From: an uncultured Sphingobacteriales bacterium
GTDB taxonomy: Bacteria; Bacteroidota; Bacteroidia; CAILMK01; CAYYUA01
Assembly: GCA_964474835.1 (NCBI GenBank)
Contig: CAYYUA010000013.1
Span: 1,405-65,404, forward strand
Length of the DNA: 64,000 bases
Direction of reading: 5' to 3'
The notes below the pieces were generated by a model. It was not told where the DNA came from. It saw only the letters and a list, made by a program, of their open reading frames with translations, and ran no database searches. Below are positions 47,420 through 57,345 of this stretch, one piece after another; the stretch's first letter is position 1, and each line of letters opens with the position of its first letter. The position numbers and the translations under genes were made by a program.

Positions 47420-48250
47420 TTAACCCATGGCTTCATAAGCCTCATCCTGCTGCCGCTTGACCCGCCGGCTGATCTTGATGCTGAGCTCGTACAACAGCAC
47501 AAAAGGGATACAGAGGAAAATTTGACTGGTGAAATCAGGGGGTGTTAGAATGGCTGATATAATCAGGACCACGATCAGGGCATGCCGCCGGTAGGTTTTC
47601 AGGAGCTCGGGCGTAATCAGCTCCATACGAGCTAAAAAGTAAGCAATGACCGGAATTTCAAAGATGAGCGCAGCTGCAAACACCACAGAGGTCAGCGTGG
47701 ATATAAAGCTGCGCAGGGTGATCACATTCTGGATTTCCTGGGTAACGCGGTAGCTCCCGAGAAACTGAATAGACATGGGGCTCAGCAGGTAGTAGCCGAA
47801 CAGCACACCCAGCATAAACAGCAGGAATGTAAAGAACAATAGCCGCCGGCCGTATTTGCGCTCCCGCTTAGTAAGGGCAGGCCTGATAAAGCGCCAGATC
47901 TCATAGATCAGGTAGGGGAACCCGGCAATGATACCCAGCATGAAAGATACAAACAGGTGCTGCGTAAACTGCCCTGCCATGTGGATATTCGACAGCTTAA
48001 AGCCCATTTCCCGGATGCAGAGGTTATCGCCCAGCGTAAGTTGCTCTGACAGCCAGCAGAGGGTCTGATAGGTCCAGAAGGTATTGCGGGCTGGTGCCAG
48101 CACCAGCCCATCGAAAACAAAGTCCTTATTCAGGAAGGCCACAATAGCCAGCACCAGTATAACAGCCAGGGACCGGATCAGATGCCAGCGCAAGGCATCC
48201 AGGTGGTCCAGAAAACTAACAGCTTCGCCTGTTTCAGCGTTATTAGCCAT
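47420..48250 (-). CDS. tatC: twin-arginine translocase subunit TatC
   Basis: It has the SFLDHLDALRWHL N-terminal motif and a 6-TM topology. Confidence 0.9.
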   Translation of the reverse strand: MANNAETGEAVSFLDHLDALRWHLIRSLAVILVLAIVAFLNKDFVFDGLVLAPARNTFWTYQTLCWLSEQLTLGDNLCIREMGFKLSNIHMAGQFTQHLFVSFMLGIIAGFPYLIYEIWRFIRPALTKRERKYGRRLLFFTFLLFMLGVLFGYYLLSPMSIQFLGSYRVTQEIQNVITLRSFISTLTSVVFAAALIFEIPVIAYFLARMELITPELLKTYRRHALIVVLIISAILTPPDFTSQIFLCIPFVLLYELSIKISRRVKRQQDEAYEAMG

Positions 48251-48322
48251 GGGTACCAGCTCTGCCGGTGAGGGGTTTGTTCAGGCAGGACGTCTGCAAA
48301 GTAATAACAATTCCTACCTGCC

Positions 48323-49579
48323 TTGTTTATGAGTGAAAGCCAGAAGCGCTTTCATGCGCAGGGTAAGGGTGGAGAAGCCGTAGTTTTGCAAAAGGGCGGT
48401 CACACACAGCCGAACCACCAATACTCCCAGCTCATGGTCGATTTCAGTAGCGCTTACAGCACCATTCGTTGTACCTGTCCGAAGGGTATGGCAGCCGCCT
48501 TACAGCAGGAAGTAGAAGCGCATGGCTACGTGCTGGCTGCTACCGATTACACCGGGGTAGAACTATCCGGAACGCTGCAGGATTGCATGTACCTGAACCT
48601 GCAGCTTCGCTGCTGCCACAAAGTGCTCTACCGGGTTCAGCACTTCAGGGCACGGAACCCCTCCGAGCTTTACAAGGCCCTGGTGCGGGTGCCCTGGGAA
48701 GAATACCTGACCCTGAAAGCCAACTTTACCATTGATAATGTCACCCAGAATGAAAACATCAAAGACACCCGCTTTGCCAGCCTGAAGGCGAAAGATGCCA
48801 TAGCTGACCGCTTTCAGCAGGTCTACCGTAAGCGGCCTGATAGTCGCTCTGATAAGGATCAGGCTGTTGTGTTCCTTTTCTGGAAGGAATCTGATGCCGC
48901 CGTTTTCCTGGATACCTCCGGGCAGCCCTTATCGCGCCATGGCTACCGGAAACGCCGGGTGGAAGCTCCGCTGTCTGAAGCCCTGGCAGCAGCCCTGGTC
49001 AGCACCAGCGGCTGGCAGGCGGATCGCCCGTTTGTTAACCCTATGTGTGGGTCAGGTACGCTGGCCATTGAAGCTGCCCTGCAGGCTATTAACCGACCGC
49101 CCGGGCTGTTGCGCGAGCAGTTTGGCTTTATGTACCTGAAAGGTTACCAGTCTGAGCTGTGGCACCGGGTACGGGAGCAGGGCAGGCAGCAGGTAGCGCT
49201 GCACAAAAACCTTAGCATTATTGCCACTGATCACGATGCGCAGGCGGTGAAAGTAACCGAGGATAATGCCCGCAGGGCTGGCGTGCTTAAGTACCTGCAG
49301 GTAAAACAGGCTGAGCTCAACCAGACTCCCATTCCTGAAACCCCCGGCACTATCATTATGAATCCTCCATATGGGGGGCGCATGGGCAATTCAGAAACGC
49401 TCTCCGCTCAGTATGCCGGCATCGGGGACTTTCTGAAGCATCAGGCAAAAGGCTACAAAGCGTGGGTACTGACCGGCAACACCGCCCTTGCCAAGCACAT
49501 TGCCCTTCGAACGGAAAGCCGCTACACGTTTTACAATGGTAAGCTGGCGTGTAAGCTCCTGGGCTACACCATGTACTAA
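48323..49579 (+). CDS. THUMP-domain class I RNA methyltransferase (RlmL/Trm14-like, COG0116)
   Basis: It has a THUMP region and an NPPYG(G)R catalytic motif (MNPPYGGRMG). The true start may be an internal ATG (MVDF...). Confidence 0.7.
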   Translation: MFMSESQKRFHAQGKGGEAVVLQKGGHTQPNHQYSQLMVDFSSAYSTIRCTCPKGMAAALQQEVEAHGYVLAATDYTGVELSGTLQDCMYLNLQLRCCHKVLYRVQHFRARNPSELYKALVRVPWEEYLTLKANFTIDNVTQNENIKDTRFASLKAKDAIADRFQQVYRKRPDSRSDKDQAVVFLFWKESDAAVFLDTSGQPLSRHGYRKRRVEAPLSEALAAALVSTSGWQADRPFVNPMCGSGTLAIEAALQAINRPPGLLREQFGFMYLKGYQSELWHRVREQGRQQVALHKNLSIIATDHDAQAVKVTEDNARRAGVLKYLQVKQAELNQTPIPETPGTIIMNPPYGGRMGNSETLSAQYAGIGDFLKHQAKGYKAWVLTGNTALAKHIALRTESRYTFYNGKLACKLLGYTMY

Positions 49580-49609
49580 CTTCTGCAGGGCAAGTAATAC
49601 GGAAGCGTC

Positions 49610-50659
49610 ATGACTTACGATTATCTGGTTATCGGACAGGGAATAGCCGGCACCCACATTGCCTGGCAGGCCCTTCAGCGGGGAGAGCAGCCGCTGATCA
49701 TAGATAAGTACCAACCCGGCGCAGCTTCACAGGCAGCAGGCGGGCTGGTTAACCCGGTTACAGGGCGAAACCTCACCAAAAACTGGAGGGCCGATGCGCT
49801 GATCCCGTTTGCCCGTCAGACTTACCGGGCTCAGGAGGCTGCGCTCGGCCAGCAGTTCTACCACATGAGTGAGATCATCCGGCTTTTTAAAGACCAGAAA
49901 CAACAGCGCAAATGGTGGAATAACCGGCGGTATGACCCCGCTTACCAACCTTATATCAGTGAGGAGCAGGTGCCTCAGCCACTTCTGGAGGATGTGGAAG
50001 CTGAGCTTGGAGGCGTTACGCTCAGCCACGGGGCTTTTCTGCATGCCGCCGACTACCTGCGGGCTTTCCGGCAGTATTTCCAAAAAGCCGGGATGCTGAA
50101 GGAGGCGCTACTTCCCTACGATCAGCTGGCAATCGGGCCCGAAGGAGTACAGTGGGGGGCGCTGGATGCCCGGTGTGTGATCTTCTGCGAAGGCTGGGCT
50201 GTGCAGCAAAATCCTTTTTTCAGCCATCTGCCCATGAAGCCGGTAAAAGGCCAGGTTCTGGTAATTTATGCCCCTGAGCTAAAGGCCTCAAAGGTGCTGA
50301 ACAAAGGCCTTTGGCTGATTCCGCTCGGCAATGGCCACTTCCGGGTAGGCGCTACCTATGAGCACGACCTGGACACGACTGAGCCATCCGGAGCAGGCTA
50401 CCAGCAGCTTTGCCGGCAACTGGATAATCTGCTGGCTGTGGATTACGAGGTGCTAAGCCGGCAGACCGGGGTGCGGCCAGCTATGGCAGATAGCCTGCCA
50501 GTGGCCGGTAGCCACCCGGATTACCCTGCTGTAAAAATCCTCAATGGGCTGGGCAGCAAAGGCGTGTTACAGGCCCCCTACCTGGCAGCAGAACTGTTGA
50601 ACAGCCAGCAGGAAGAAGCATTTGCTGTACCTGATGCGGATGTCAAGCGCTATTGCTAA
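49610..50659 (+). CDS. FAD-dependent oxidoreductase (DAO family; MnmC oxidase-domain-like)
   Basis: The GxGxxG motif (VIGQGIAG) and the QAAGGLVNP block resemble the MnmC(o) domain (QGALYP). Confidence 0.55.
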   Translation: MTYDYLVIGQGIAGTHIAWQALQRGEQPLIIDKYQPGAASQAAGGLVNPVTGRNLTKNWRADALIPFARQTYRAQEAALGQQFYHMSEIIRLFKDQKQQRKWWNNRRYDPAYQPYISEEQVPQPLLEDVEAELGGVTLSHGAFLHAADYLRAFRQYFQKAGMLKEALLPYDQLAIGPEGVQWGALDARCVIFCEGWAVQQNPFFSHLPMKPVKGQVLVIYAPELKASKVLNKGLWLIPLGNGHFRVGATYEHDLDTTEPSGAGYQQLCRQLDNLLAVDYEVLSRQTGVRPAMADSLPVAGSHPDYPAVKILNGLGSKGVLQAPYLAAELLNSQQEEAFAVPDADVKRYC

Positions 50660-50719
50660 ACGCCTTATCTTTGCGTGCTGACAATCAGCAAATATTGAAA
50701 ACACTAAAAAAAGCACATT

Positions 50720-51151
50720 ATGCCAACAAGAAATGCCAGCGCATCCTGGGAAGGTGGGCTGAAAGGCGGTAACGGCTCTGTCAAGACCGAAACCCATCAG
50801 GTAAACGGACAGTATCACTTCAAAAGCCGCTTTGGTGATGGCACTGGCGGCACAAACCCGGAAGAACTGGTAGGAGCTGCCCATGCTGCCTGCTACTCTA
50901 TGGCCCTGTCAGCCGGACTGGAAGGGGATGGTTTCACACCGGAGTACGTTAACACGGAAGCCAATGTTACCGAAGATCAGGTAGAAGATGGCTTTGCTAT
51001 CACCAACATCCACCTGGTGACCAAGGCTAAAGTTCCGGAGCTGGACAAACAAAAGTTTCAGGAGCATGCAGAAGCTGCTAAGGAAAATTGCCCGGTCTCC
51101 AAGGCACTAGCCGGCACTAAGATCACGCTGGAAGCTGAGCTGGATGGCTAA
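50720..51151 (+). CDS. OsmC/Ohr-family peroxiredoxin-like protein
   Basis: It has the conserved Cys pair (AAHAACYSMAL and a C-terminal Cys). Confidence 0.8.
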   Translation: MPTRNASASWEGGLKGGNGSVKTETHQVNGQYHFKSRFGDGTGGTNPEELVGAAHAACYSMALSAGLEGDGFTPEYVNTEANVTEDQVEDGFAITNIHLVTKAKVPELDKQKFQEHAEAAKENCPVSKALAGTKITLEAELDG

Positions 51152-51195
51152 GCCTTTTAGGCCTGATAATTGAGCTCCTATAATTTGCAGTCATG

Positions 51196-51220
51196 TCCCC
51201 CGTTCAGCGGGGGATATTTT
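51196..51220 (+). terminator. rho-independent terminator after osmC-like gene
   Basis: A 7-bp stem TCCCCCG/CGGGGGA with a 5-nt loop is followed by TATTTTT. Confidence 0.6.
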
Positions 51221-51264
51221 TGTTCAAATTCTAACCCAAAAACACACTAAGATTTTAACCCCTC

Positions 51265-52662
51265 ATGAATTTTACGGTCAAATTAACGGTAAGCTTGCTG
51301 ATGTTAGGGATCCTGACGACCTCTGGAAGCTATATCGTTTCAATGAAGGCCGATGACCCTTTCGGTAACCATACCCTGTCTCAACGGGAAAAGGCCTATG
51401 TAGCCCAAAGGCTGAAGCCCGGTCTGGTACAAGGAATTGACTCCATTGCCACACGCTTTCAGGAGCGCTATGACCTGAACGCCAATGTTATGGTTAACTA
51501 CAAGGGGCATAAGCTTTTTGAAAAAGCTTACGGAACAGTGGGACCACGGTCTGATAAGTCCTTATCCACCGATGATCGCTACCAGCTGGCCTCTGTTAGT
51601 AAGCAATTCACCGCTGTAGCAGTCCTTATGTTGGTGGAGGATGGAAAGCTTAGCCTATCCGATACGGTACAGCATCACTTACCCTACTTCCAGTACGACC
51701 GGATCACCGTAGAGCAGCTACTACACCACACAGCTGGCCTGCCAAATTACATGTGGGCGGTAGAGCACCACTGGAACAAGGAACGGCCCCCCTACAATGA
51801 TGAAGTCCTGAAGCTGATGGACTCCATTGACCTGAACCTGTATTTCAGGCCCGGAACTCGCTTTTTCTACTCCAATACCGGGTATATCACGCTCGCACAA
51901 GTGGTAGAAGCGGTCAGCGGTCAGCGCTATGACAGCTTCCTGAGGCAGCGGATATTTCAGCCCCTTGACATGACAACGGCCTTTGTGCGCAGCAAGGCCT
52001 GGAATCGCTCGTACCCCGATCACCTGAGCGGCTTCCGGAGCCGGGGATACCGAACCTACAAGGTAAAGGATAACCGCCTGGATGGCGTGGTTGGGGACAA
52101 GGGGATCTATGCAACCACAAGTGATCTGTATAAGTGGGATCAAGCCCTGTATCAGGGGACACTTTTAGCTGATAGCCTGCAACAGCAAGCCTTTCAGACG
52201 ACCATACTGCCCAATGGCGGCAGGATTAATTATGGTTACGGTTTCCGGCTGGAGCGGTTTAACGAAAAGCCTGTAGTATACCACAATGGTTTGTGGCACG
52301 GCTTCCGGACTACCCTGAAGCGCTACATTACAGACTCTATAAGTCTGGTGGTGCTGAACAACAGGGACAGCCGGACCAAGGGTATGCTGGTAGACCGCCT
52401 GGAAGCCTACCTGCACGAGCACCAAGAGCCCGGCCCGGTGTTCCGGCTGGTCTTTCAGACGCTTCAGCACAACCAGCCTCCCCGTAAGCAAGCTAAACTG
52501 ACAGCCTCGCTCGATCACAACAAAGCGCGCCAGCTCAGGCAGGTTATTCAGTACCTGCGGCTGAAACGCCTACAGGATCCCGCTGAGCAGCTATCGGGCC
52601 TTTACGACCAGTACTATACAACAGCCCAGCCCCAGGCGTCCCTTTCGCAGGATCGCTTGTAG
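51265..52662 (+). CDS. serine hydrolase, beta-lactamase/transpeptidase fold (class C-like)
   Basis: It has a signal peptide and the SxxK motif (ASVSKQF). Confidence 0.75.
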   Translation: MNFTVKLTVSLLMLGILTTSGSYIVSMKADDPFGNHTLSQREKAYVAQRLKPGLVQGIDSIATRFQERYDLNANVMVNYKGHKLFEKAYGTVGPRSDKSLSTDDRYQLASVSKQFTAVAVLMLVEDGKLSLSDTVQHHLPYFQYDRITVEQLLHHTAGLPNYMWAVEHHWNKERPPYNDEVLKLMDSIDLNLYFRPGTRFFYSNTGYITLAQVVEAVSGQRYDSFLRQRIFQPLDMTTAFVRSKAWNRSYPDHLSGFRSRGYRTYKVKDNRLDGVVGDKGIYATTSDLYKWDQALYQGTLLADSLQQQAFQTTILPNGGRINYGYGFRLERFNEKPVVYHNGLWHGFRTTLKRYITDSISLVVLNNRDSRTKGMLVDRLEAYLHEHQEPGPVFRLVFQTLQHNQPPRKQAKLTASLDHNKARQLRQVIQYLRLKRLQDPAEQLSGLYDQYYTTAQPQASLSQDRL

Positions 52663-52726
52663 CCAAGGTTGCTCCTGGCTGAAACGGCCATGACAAAATG
52701 GTATATTTGAATAAATACCAAGGCTA

Positions 52727-53962
52727 ATGGCAAAGCGAGATAAGCACTACGATGTGCTGATCATTGGAGCCGGACCGGCCGGTAGCACTTGCGCGACTAT
52801 GCTGGCCCAGCAGGGTTTCTCTGTCGGCCTTGTCGACAAATCAGGATTCCCCCGGGATAAGGTGTGCGGGGATGCGCTCAGCCTGGATGTGGTGAATCAG
52901 CTCCCGAAGGTCTCCCCCGATTTGGCCGCGGAATTCCACCAGCTCTCCACGAAAATGCCCTCCTACGGAGTTACCATCGGAGCCCCCAACGAAAAAACCG
53001 TCCAGGTGCCCTTCTACTACCAGGGGGAACCGGACTGTGGCTATTTACTACCGCGGTACGATTTCGATAACCTGCTGTACCAGCACGCAGCCCGGTATGA
53101 TGCAGTTGATAGCTTTCTGGAGAGCCCCGTTACGCACATAGCGCAATCAGCAGATGGCGTACAGGTAAGCACCAGGCATGAAGAGCTCAGAGGAACTGCT
53201 ATTGTAGGAGCTGATGGAGCTAATTCAGTAGTGAACCGCTACCTGGGCATTAACACTATGGAGCGCTCGGCTCACAGTGCAGGGCTTCGCGTTTACTACG
53301 AGGGCGTTCAGCATTTTAGTGAGGGGCAGTATATTGAATTATACTTTTTCAAGGATATCCTGCCCGGTTACCTCTGGGTTTTTCCCCTTACTAACAACAG
53401 GGCTAACGTGGGCATAGGGGTGCTGTCATCAGCCATTAACCGCCACAAGCTTAACCTGAAGGCCAAAATTCACGAACTGCTGACTGAGCACCCGTCCCTG
53501 AAGGACCGCTTTGCCAATGCACGGGCCCTCGAAAAGCCGAAGGGTATGGGGCTGCCACTGGGCTCTAAGGAGCGGCAGCTATCCGGAGCGCATTTTCTGC
53601 TAACCGGGGATGCGGCAGGCCTGATCGATCCCTTCTCTGGCGAAGGCATTGGCAATGCTATCCGGAGCGGCCGCACGGCTGCTAACCGTCTGGCAGAGGC
53701 GTTCAGGGAGCAGGACTTTAGCGCCACCTTCCTGAGGCAGTACGATCAGCGGATCTACGGGCAGATGAAAAAAGAGTTCAAGGTTAGCCATACCATACAG
53801 CGGCTATCGGCTTATCCCTGGATTTTCAATTTTGTGACGAACAAGGCCCGCCAGAGCCAGAGCCTGCGCCTGTACCTTAGCAAAGCGCTGGAGCACGTGG
53901 ACCATAAGCAGGTGCTCACAAAGCCCCGCTTCTATTGGCAGTTACTGCGCGGCCGTGCCTGA
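52727..53962 (+). CDS. geranylgeranyl reductase-family FAD-dependent oxidoreductase
   Basis: The N-terminus YDVLIIGAGPAGSTCA fits, and GDAAGLIDPFSGEGI is the characteristic family motif. Confidence 0.75.
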   Translation: MAKRDKHYDVLIIGAGPAGSTCATMLAQQGFSVGLVDKSGFPRDKVCGDALSLDVVNQLPKVSPDLAAEFHQLSTKMPSYGVTIGAPNEKTVQVPFYYQGEPDCGYLLPRYDFDNLLYQHAARYDAVDSFLESPVTHIAQSADGVQVSTRHEELRGTAIVGADGANSVVNRYLGINTMERSAHSAGLRVYYEGVQHFSEGQYIELYFFKDILPGYLWVFPLTNNRANVGIGVLSSAINRHKLNLKAKIHELLTEHPSLKDRFANARALEKPKGMGLPLGSKERQLSGAHFLLTGDAAGLIDPFSGEGIGNAIRSGRTAANRLAEAFREQDFSATFLRQYDQRIYGQMKKEFKVSHTIQRLSAYPWIFNFVTNKARQSQSLRLYLSKALEHVDHKQVLTKPRFYWQLLRGRA

Positions 53963-53986
53963 AAATACCTGCTCAGGACGTTTTTT
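53958..53986 (+). terminator. hairpin (CCTGA/TCAGG) plus T6 that spans the stop codons of both convergent genes
   Basis: The hairpin and T-run lie in the last codons of uvrB (- strand, ...EVEKTS*). Confidence 0.35.
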
Positions 53987-56045
53987 CAACCTCAAACTCC
54001 TGCCCGAATTTCTCTTTGTACTGCTCTTTTAGTTGGTACATCTCATCGCGTAAGCGGGCCGCTTCCATGAACTGCGTTTCCTGAGCAGCCTTCATCATCT
54101 TGCTGTGGGTATCCCGGATCATCTGCTCCAGGTCCTCCTTGCTCATGTACTCCGTGACCGGGTCAGCGGCAGCTTGTTGTGCCTGCTCCTGTTGTTCTTC
54201 CGAAAGGTAGGGATCGGCCTCCTTGCGGTTATCAGCCACTGAGGTCTGGCGAAGGATCTGGTCGCGGCTTCGCTTAATGGTCTCAGGGGTGATGTTGTAT
54301 TGCTCGTTGAATTCGATCTGTTTAGCCCGTCTCCGGTAAGTTTCATCAATGGTCCGCTGCATGGAGTCCGTGATCTTATCCCCGTACATGATCACCTTGC
54401 CGTCCACATTCCGGGCCGCACGACCTGCTGTCTGGGTCAGGGAGGTCTCAGAGCGCAGGTACCCCTCTTTATCGGCATCCAGGATCGCAACAAGGCTGAC
54501 CTCCGGAAGGTCCAGCCCTTCCCGGAGCAGGTTAATGCCGATCAGGACATCAAAGTTGCCCAGCCGGAGCTCCCGCAGGATCTCCACACGGTTAATGGTA
54601 TCAATATCGGAGTGCATGTAGCGGCAATTAACCCCGTACTGGGTCAGGTAATCGGTCAGTTCCTCGGCCATGCGCTTGGTCAGGGTGGTGACCAGCACCC
54701 GCTGATCGTTCTTCACCTTGTCATTGATCTCGCCCATCAGGTCATCAATCTGGTTCTGAACCGGCCGCACCTCGATCTCAGGATCCAGCAGCCCGGTAGG
54801 CCGTACCACCTGCTCAACAAAGATTCCCTCAGTCTTCTGTAGCTCATACTTGCTGGGTGTAGCGCTGACGTAGATCACCTGATGCGCCATGTCCTCGAAT
54901 TCCTGCCCGCCCAGCGGCCGGTTATCCATGGCTGCCGGCAGGCGGAAGCCGTGCTCCACCAGCACGTTCTTGCGGGCGCGGTCACCCGCGTACATGCCCT
55001 GGACCTGCGGAATGGTGACGTGGCTCTCGTCAATGAACATCAGGTAATCATCCGGGAAGTAGTCCAGCAGGCAGAAAGGCCGCATGCCCGGATCGCGGCG
55101 GTCAAAGTAGCGGGAGTAGTTCTCGATACCAGAGCAGTAGCCGAGCTCGCGGATCATCTCCAGGTCATAATTGACACGCTCCTCCAGGCGCTTAGCCTCA
55201 ATGGTGTTGCCCTGCTCCTTGAAAAATTCCACCTGCCGCTCGAGGTCCTGCTCAATCTCGCCCACGGCCTGCCGCTGCGTCTCTGGCGGGGTCACGAACA
55301 GGTTAGCCGGGAAGATCATCACGCTCTGCCGCGACTCGATGGTCTTGCCATTATCCGGCTGTATCATTTCGATCTCCTCGATCTCATCGCCCCAGAAGCT
55401 GATGCGGTAGGCAAAGTCATCGGCATAAGGCGGGAAGACCTCGATGGTATCGCCTGAAACGCGGAACTGGCCCCGGTCCAGATCAGTCTTAGTGCGCGAG
55501 TAGAGGCCTTCTACGAACTTGAAGAGCAGCTTATTGCGGTTGTATTGCTGGCCAACTTCCAGGGGGACCGTTACCCGCTTGAAGCTCTCCGGGTTACCCA
55601 TCCCGTAAATGCAGGATACCGAGGATACAATGACCACATCCCGGCGGCCGGATAGCAGGGCAGAGGTGGCCCTTAGCCGCAGGCGCTCAATTTCATCATT
55701 GATGCTGAGTTCTTTCTCAATAAAGGTATCAGAGGAAGGGATGTAGGCTTCCGGCTGGTAATAATCGTAGTAAGAAACAAAATACTCCACAGCGTTATCC
55801 GGGAAAAACTGCTGAAACTCTCCATAGAGCTGGGCAGTCAGGGTTTTGTTGTGGGTAAGGACCAGGGTGGGCTTATTCAGCCGCTGGATAACATTGGCCA
55901 TGGTGAAGGTCTTCCCGGAGCCCGTCACACCCAGCAGCACCTGATACGGATCGCCTCGTTCAACGCCGGCTGTTAATTCGTCAATAGCCTGAGGCTGATC
56001 ACCTTTAGGCTCGTACTCTGCGTGCAGCTTAAATTCCATACCCAC
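53973..56045 (-). CDS. uvrB: excinuclease ABC subunit B
   Basis: It has Walker A (GVTGSGKT), helicase motifs and a C-terminal UVR domain. Confidence 0.95.
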   Translation of the reverse strand: MGMEFKLHAEYEPKGDQPQAIDELTAGVERGDPYQVLLGVTGSGKTFTMANVIQRLNKPTLVLTHNKTLTAQLYGEFQQFFPDNAVEYFVSYYDYYQPEAYIPSSDTFIEKELSINDEIERLRLRATSALLSGRRDVVIVSSVSCIYGMGNPESFKRVTVPLEVGQQYNRNKLLFKFVEGLYSRTKTDLDRGQFRVSGDTIEVFPPYADDFAYRISFWGDEIEEIEMIQPDNGKTIESRQSVMIFPANLFVTPPETQRQAVGEIEQDLERQVEFFKEQGNTIEAKRLEERVNYDLEMIRELGYCSGIENYSRYFDRRDPGMRPFCLLDYFPDDYLMFIDESHVTIPQVQGMYAGDRARKNVLVEHGFRLPAAMDNRPLGGQEFEDMAHQVIYVSATPSKYELQKTEGIFVEQVVRPTGLLDPEIEVRPVQNQIDDLMGEINDKVKNDQRVLVTTLTKRMAEELTDYLTQYGVNCRYMHSDIDTINRVEILRELRLGNFDVLIGINLLREGLDLPEVSLVAILDADKEGYLRSETSLTQTAGRAARNVDGKVIMYGDKITDSMQRTIDETYRRRAKQIEFNEQYNITPETIKRSRDQILRQTSVADNRKEADPYLSEEQQEQAQQAAADPVTEYMSKEDLEQMIRDTHSKMMKAAQETQFMEAARLRDEMYQLKEQYKEKFGQEFEVEKTS

Positions 56046-56066
56046 AATTTTGCTTTCTTGTTATCC

Positions 56067-57143
56067 CTAACCTGCAGGCGGGTTTATAGTTTTTCCAAGG
56101 TAAGGCTTATGGAGCTCATGGGCCTGAATGAAATGGCAGGTGGTAGCTATGGTTTCCTCAATGGCCTGAAAGGAAAAGTCCAGGTGCTCGCGGATCTTGG
56201 TGGTATCGTAGTAGAATGTGCTGCTGCTCAGCTCAGCCAGTTCCGGGGTGATCCGGGGAGGCTGCCCGGTAATGTAGCTACGCCACTCCTCCAGATGGCC
56301 CAGTAGCTTGCTCACGCTTGCGCTCGCCGGAATGCGGGGTGGTCTGAGGCCAAATGCATCAGCAATGCGGGTCAGGACCTGACGGACGGGTACGGTCTTA
56401 TCCACCAGGATAAAGCGGTTGCGGTAGCTCTCCGGCTGATCCTGCAGCCTTAGCATTGCGCTGACCACATCCCTGGCATCCACATAGGCTCCTCCTCCTT
56501 TCGGATAAAACCGCAGCCCTTTCAGCACCTGCTGGAAGATCAGGCCAGCGCCCCGCTCCAGGCTGCCGGGCCCGAGGATGACGCCCGGGTTCACGATATA
56601 GCCCTGCAGCCCCTCGGCAAACCCCCGCCAGACCTCCCGCTCACCGCGGAATTTGCTCTCGGCATAGGTGGTGGGAAATTCCTGTGGAAAATCCTCCAGC
56701 TGCTCATCCACAAGTTTCCCGGGCTTTTGCTGCAGCGCAGCCACGGAGCTTACATGGTAAAAGTAGGATACACCGCATTCCAGGGCCAGGTTAACGATAT
56801 TGGTGGTGCCGTGGAGGTTGGTATCCATGATCGTTTCCCGCTGCCGGCGGTCAAAAGAGACGTAAGCCGCTGCATGGTAGATCGCATCCACATTGGTCAG
56901 GGCATCCCGTATGAGCTTGGTGTCAAGCAGTTCGCCCTCTACCCAGTGGATAGCCTGCAGGTCAGCCTCGGCCTCTTCAGGGGAGCGCTGCTGCTGACTC
57001 GCGAGAAACCGGAAGACAAGCTGCAGGTGGGTGAGGTCACTATTTGGTCGTTTGAGGGCTTTGATGGCGTGATCGGTCTGGAGCAGCTCATACAGCAGGT
57101 AAGCCCCTAAAAACCCGGTGCCGCCAGTCACAAAAATATTCAT
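56067..57143 (-). CDS. NAD-dependent epimerase/dehydratase-family protein (3-beta-HSD-like SDR)
   Basis: The start is ATG at 57143 (MNIFVTGGTGFLGAYL), with a YxxxK motif downstream. Confidence 0.7.
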   Translation of the reverse strand: MNIFVTGGTGFLGAYLLYELLQTDHAIKALKRPNSDLTHLQLVFRFLASQQQRSPEEAEADLQAIHWVEGELLDTKLIRDALTNVDAIYHAAAYVSFDRRQRETIMDTNLHGTTNIVNLALECGVSYFYHVSSVAALQQKPGKLVDEQLEDFPQEFPTTYAESKFRGEREVWRGFAEGLQGYIVNPGVILGPGSLERGAGLIFQQVLKGLRFYPKGGGAYVDARDVVSAMLRLQDQPESYRNRFILVDKTVPVRQVLTRIADAFGLRPPRIPASASVSKLLGHLEEWRSYITGQPPRITPELAELSSSTFYYDTTKIREHLDFSFQAIEETIATTCHFIQAHELHKPYLGKTINPPAG

Positions 57144-57345
57144 ACACGGGCAGTGTGGCCGTGATCCCGGCCATCGTGGTGATGTGCGTTGTTCAACCCG
57201 GCAACGCAGCACCGGGAAGCCTGGTTTGCTGACCTTCGCCAAGCATGGGCAGAGCAGGGATCACAAGGGCTGTTATCAATGCTTATCAAAAGCAGGCAGG
57301 TAGATTTTCTGGTTAATTTTGCTACCTGCTAAGGTAAAGGTGGCC

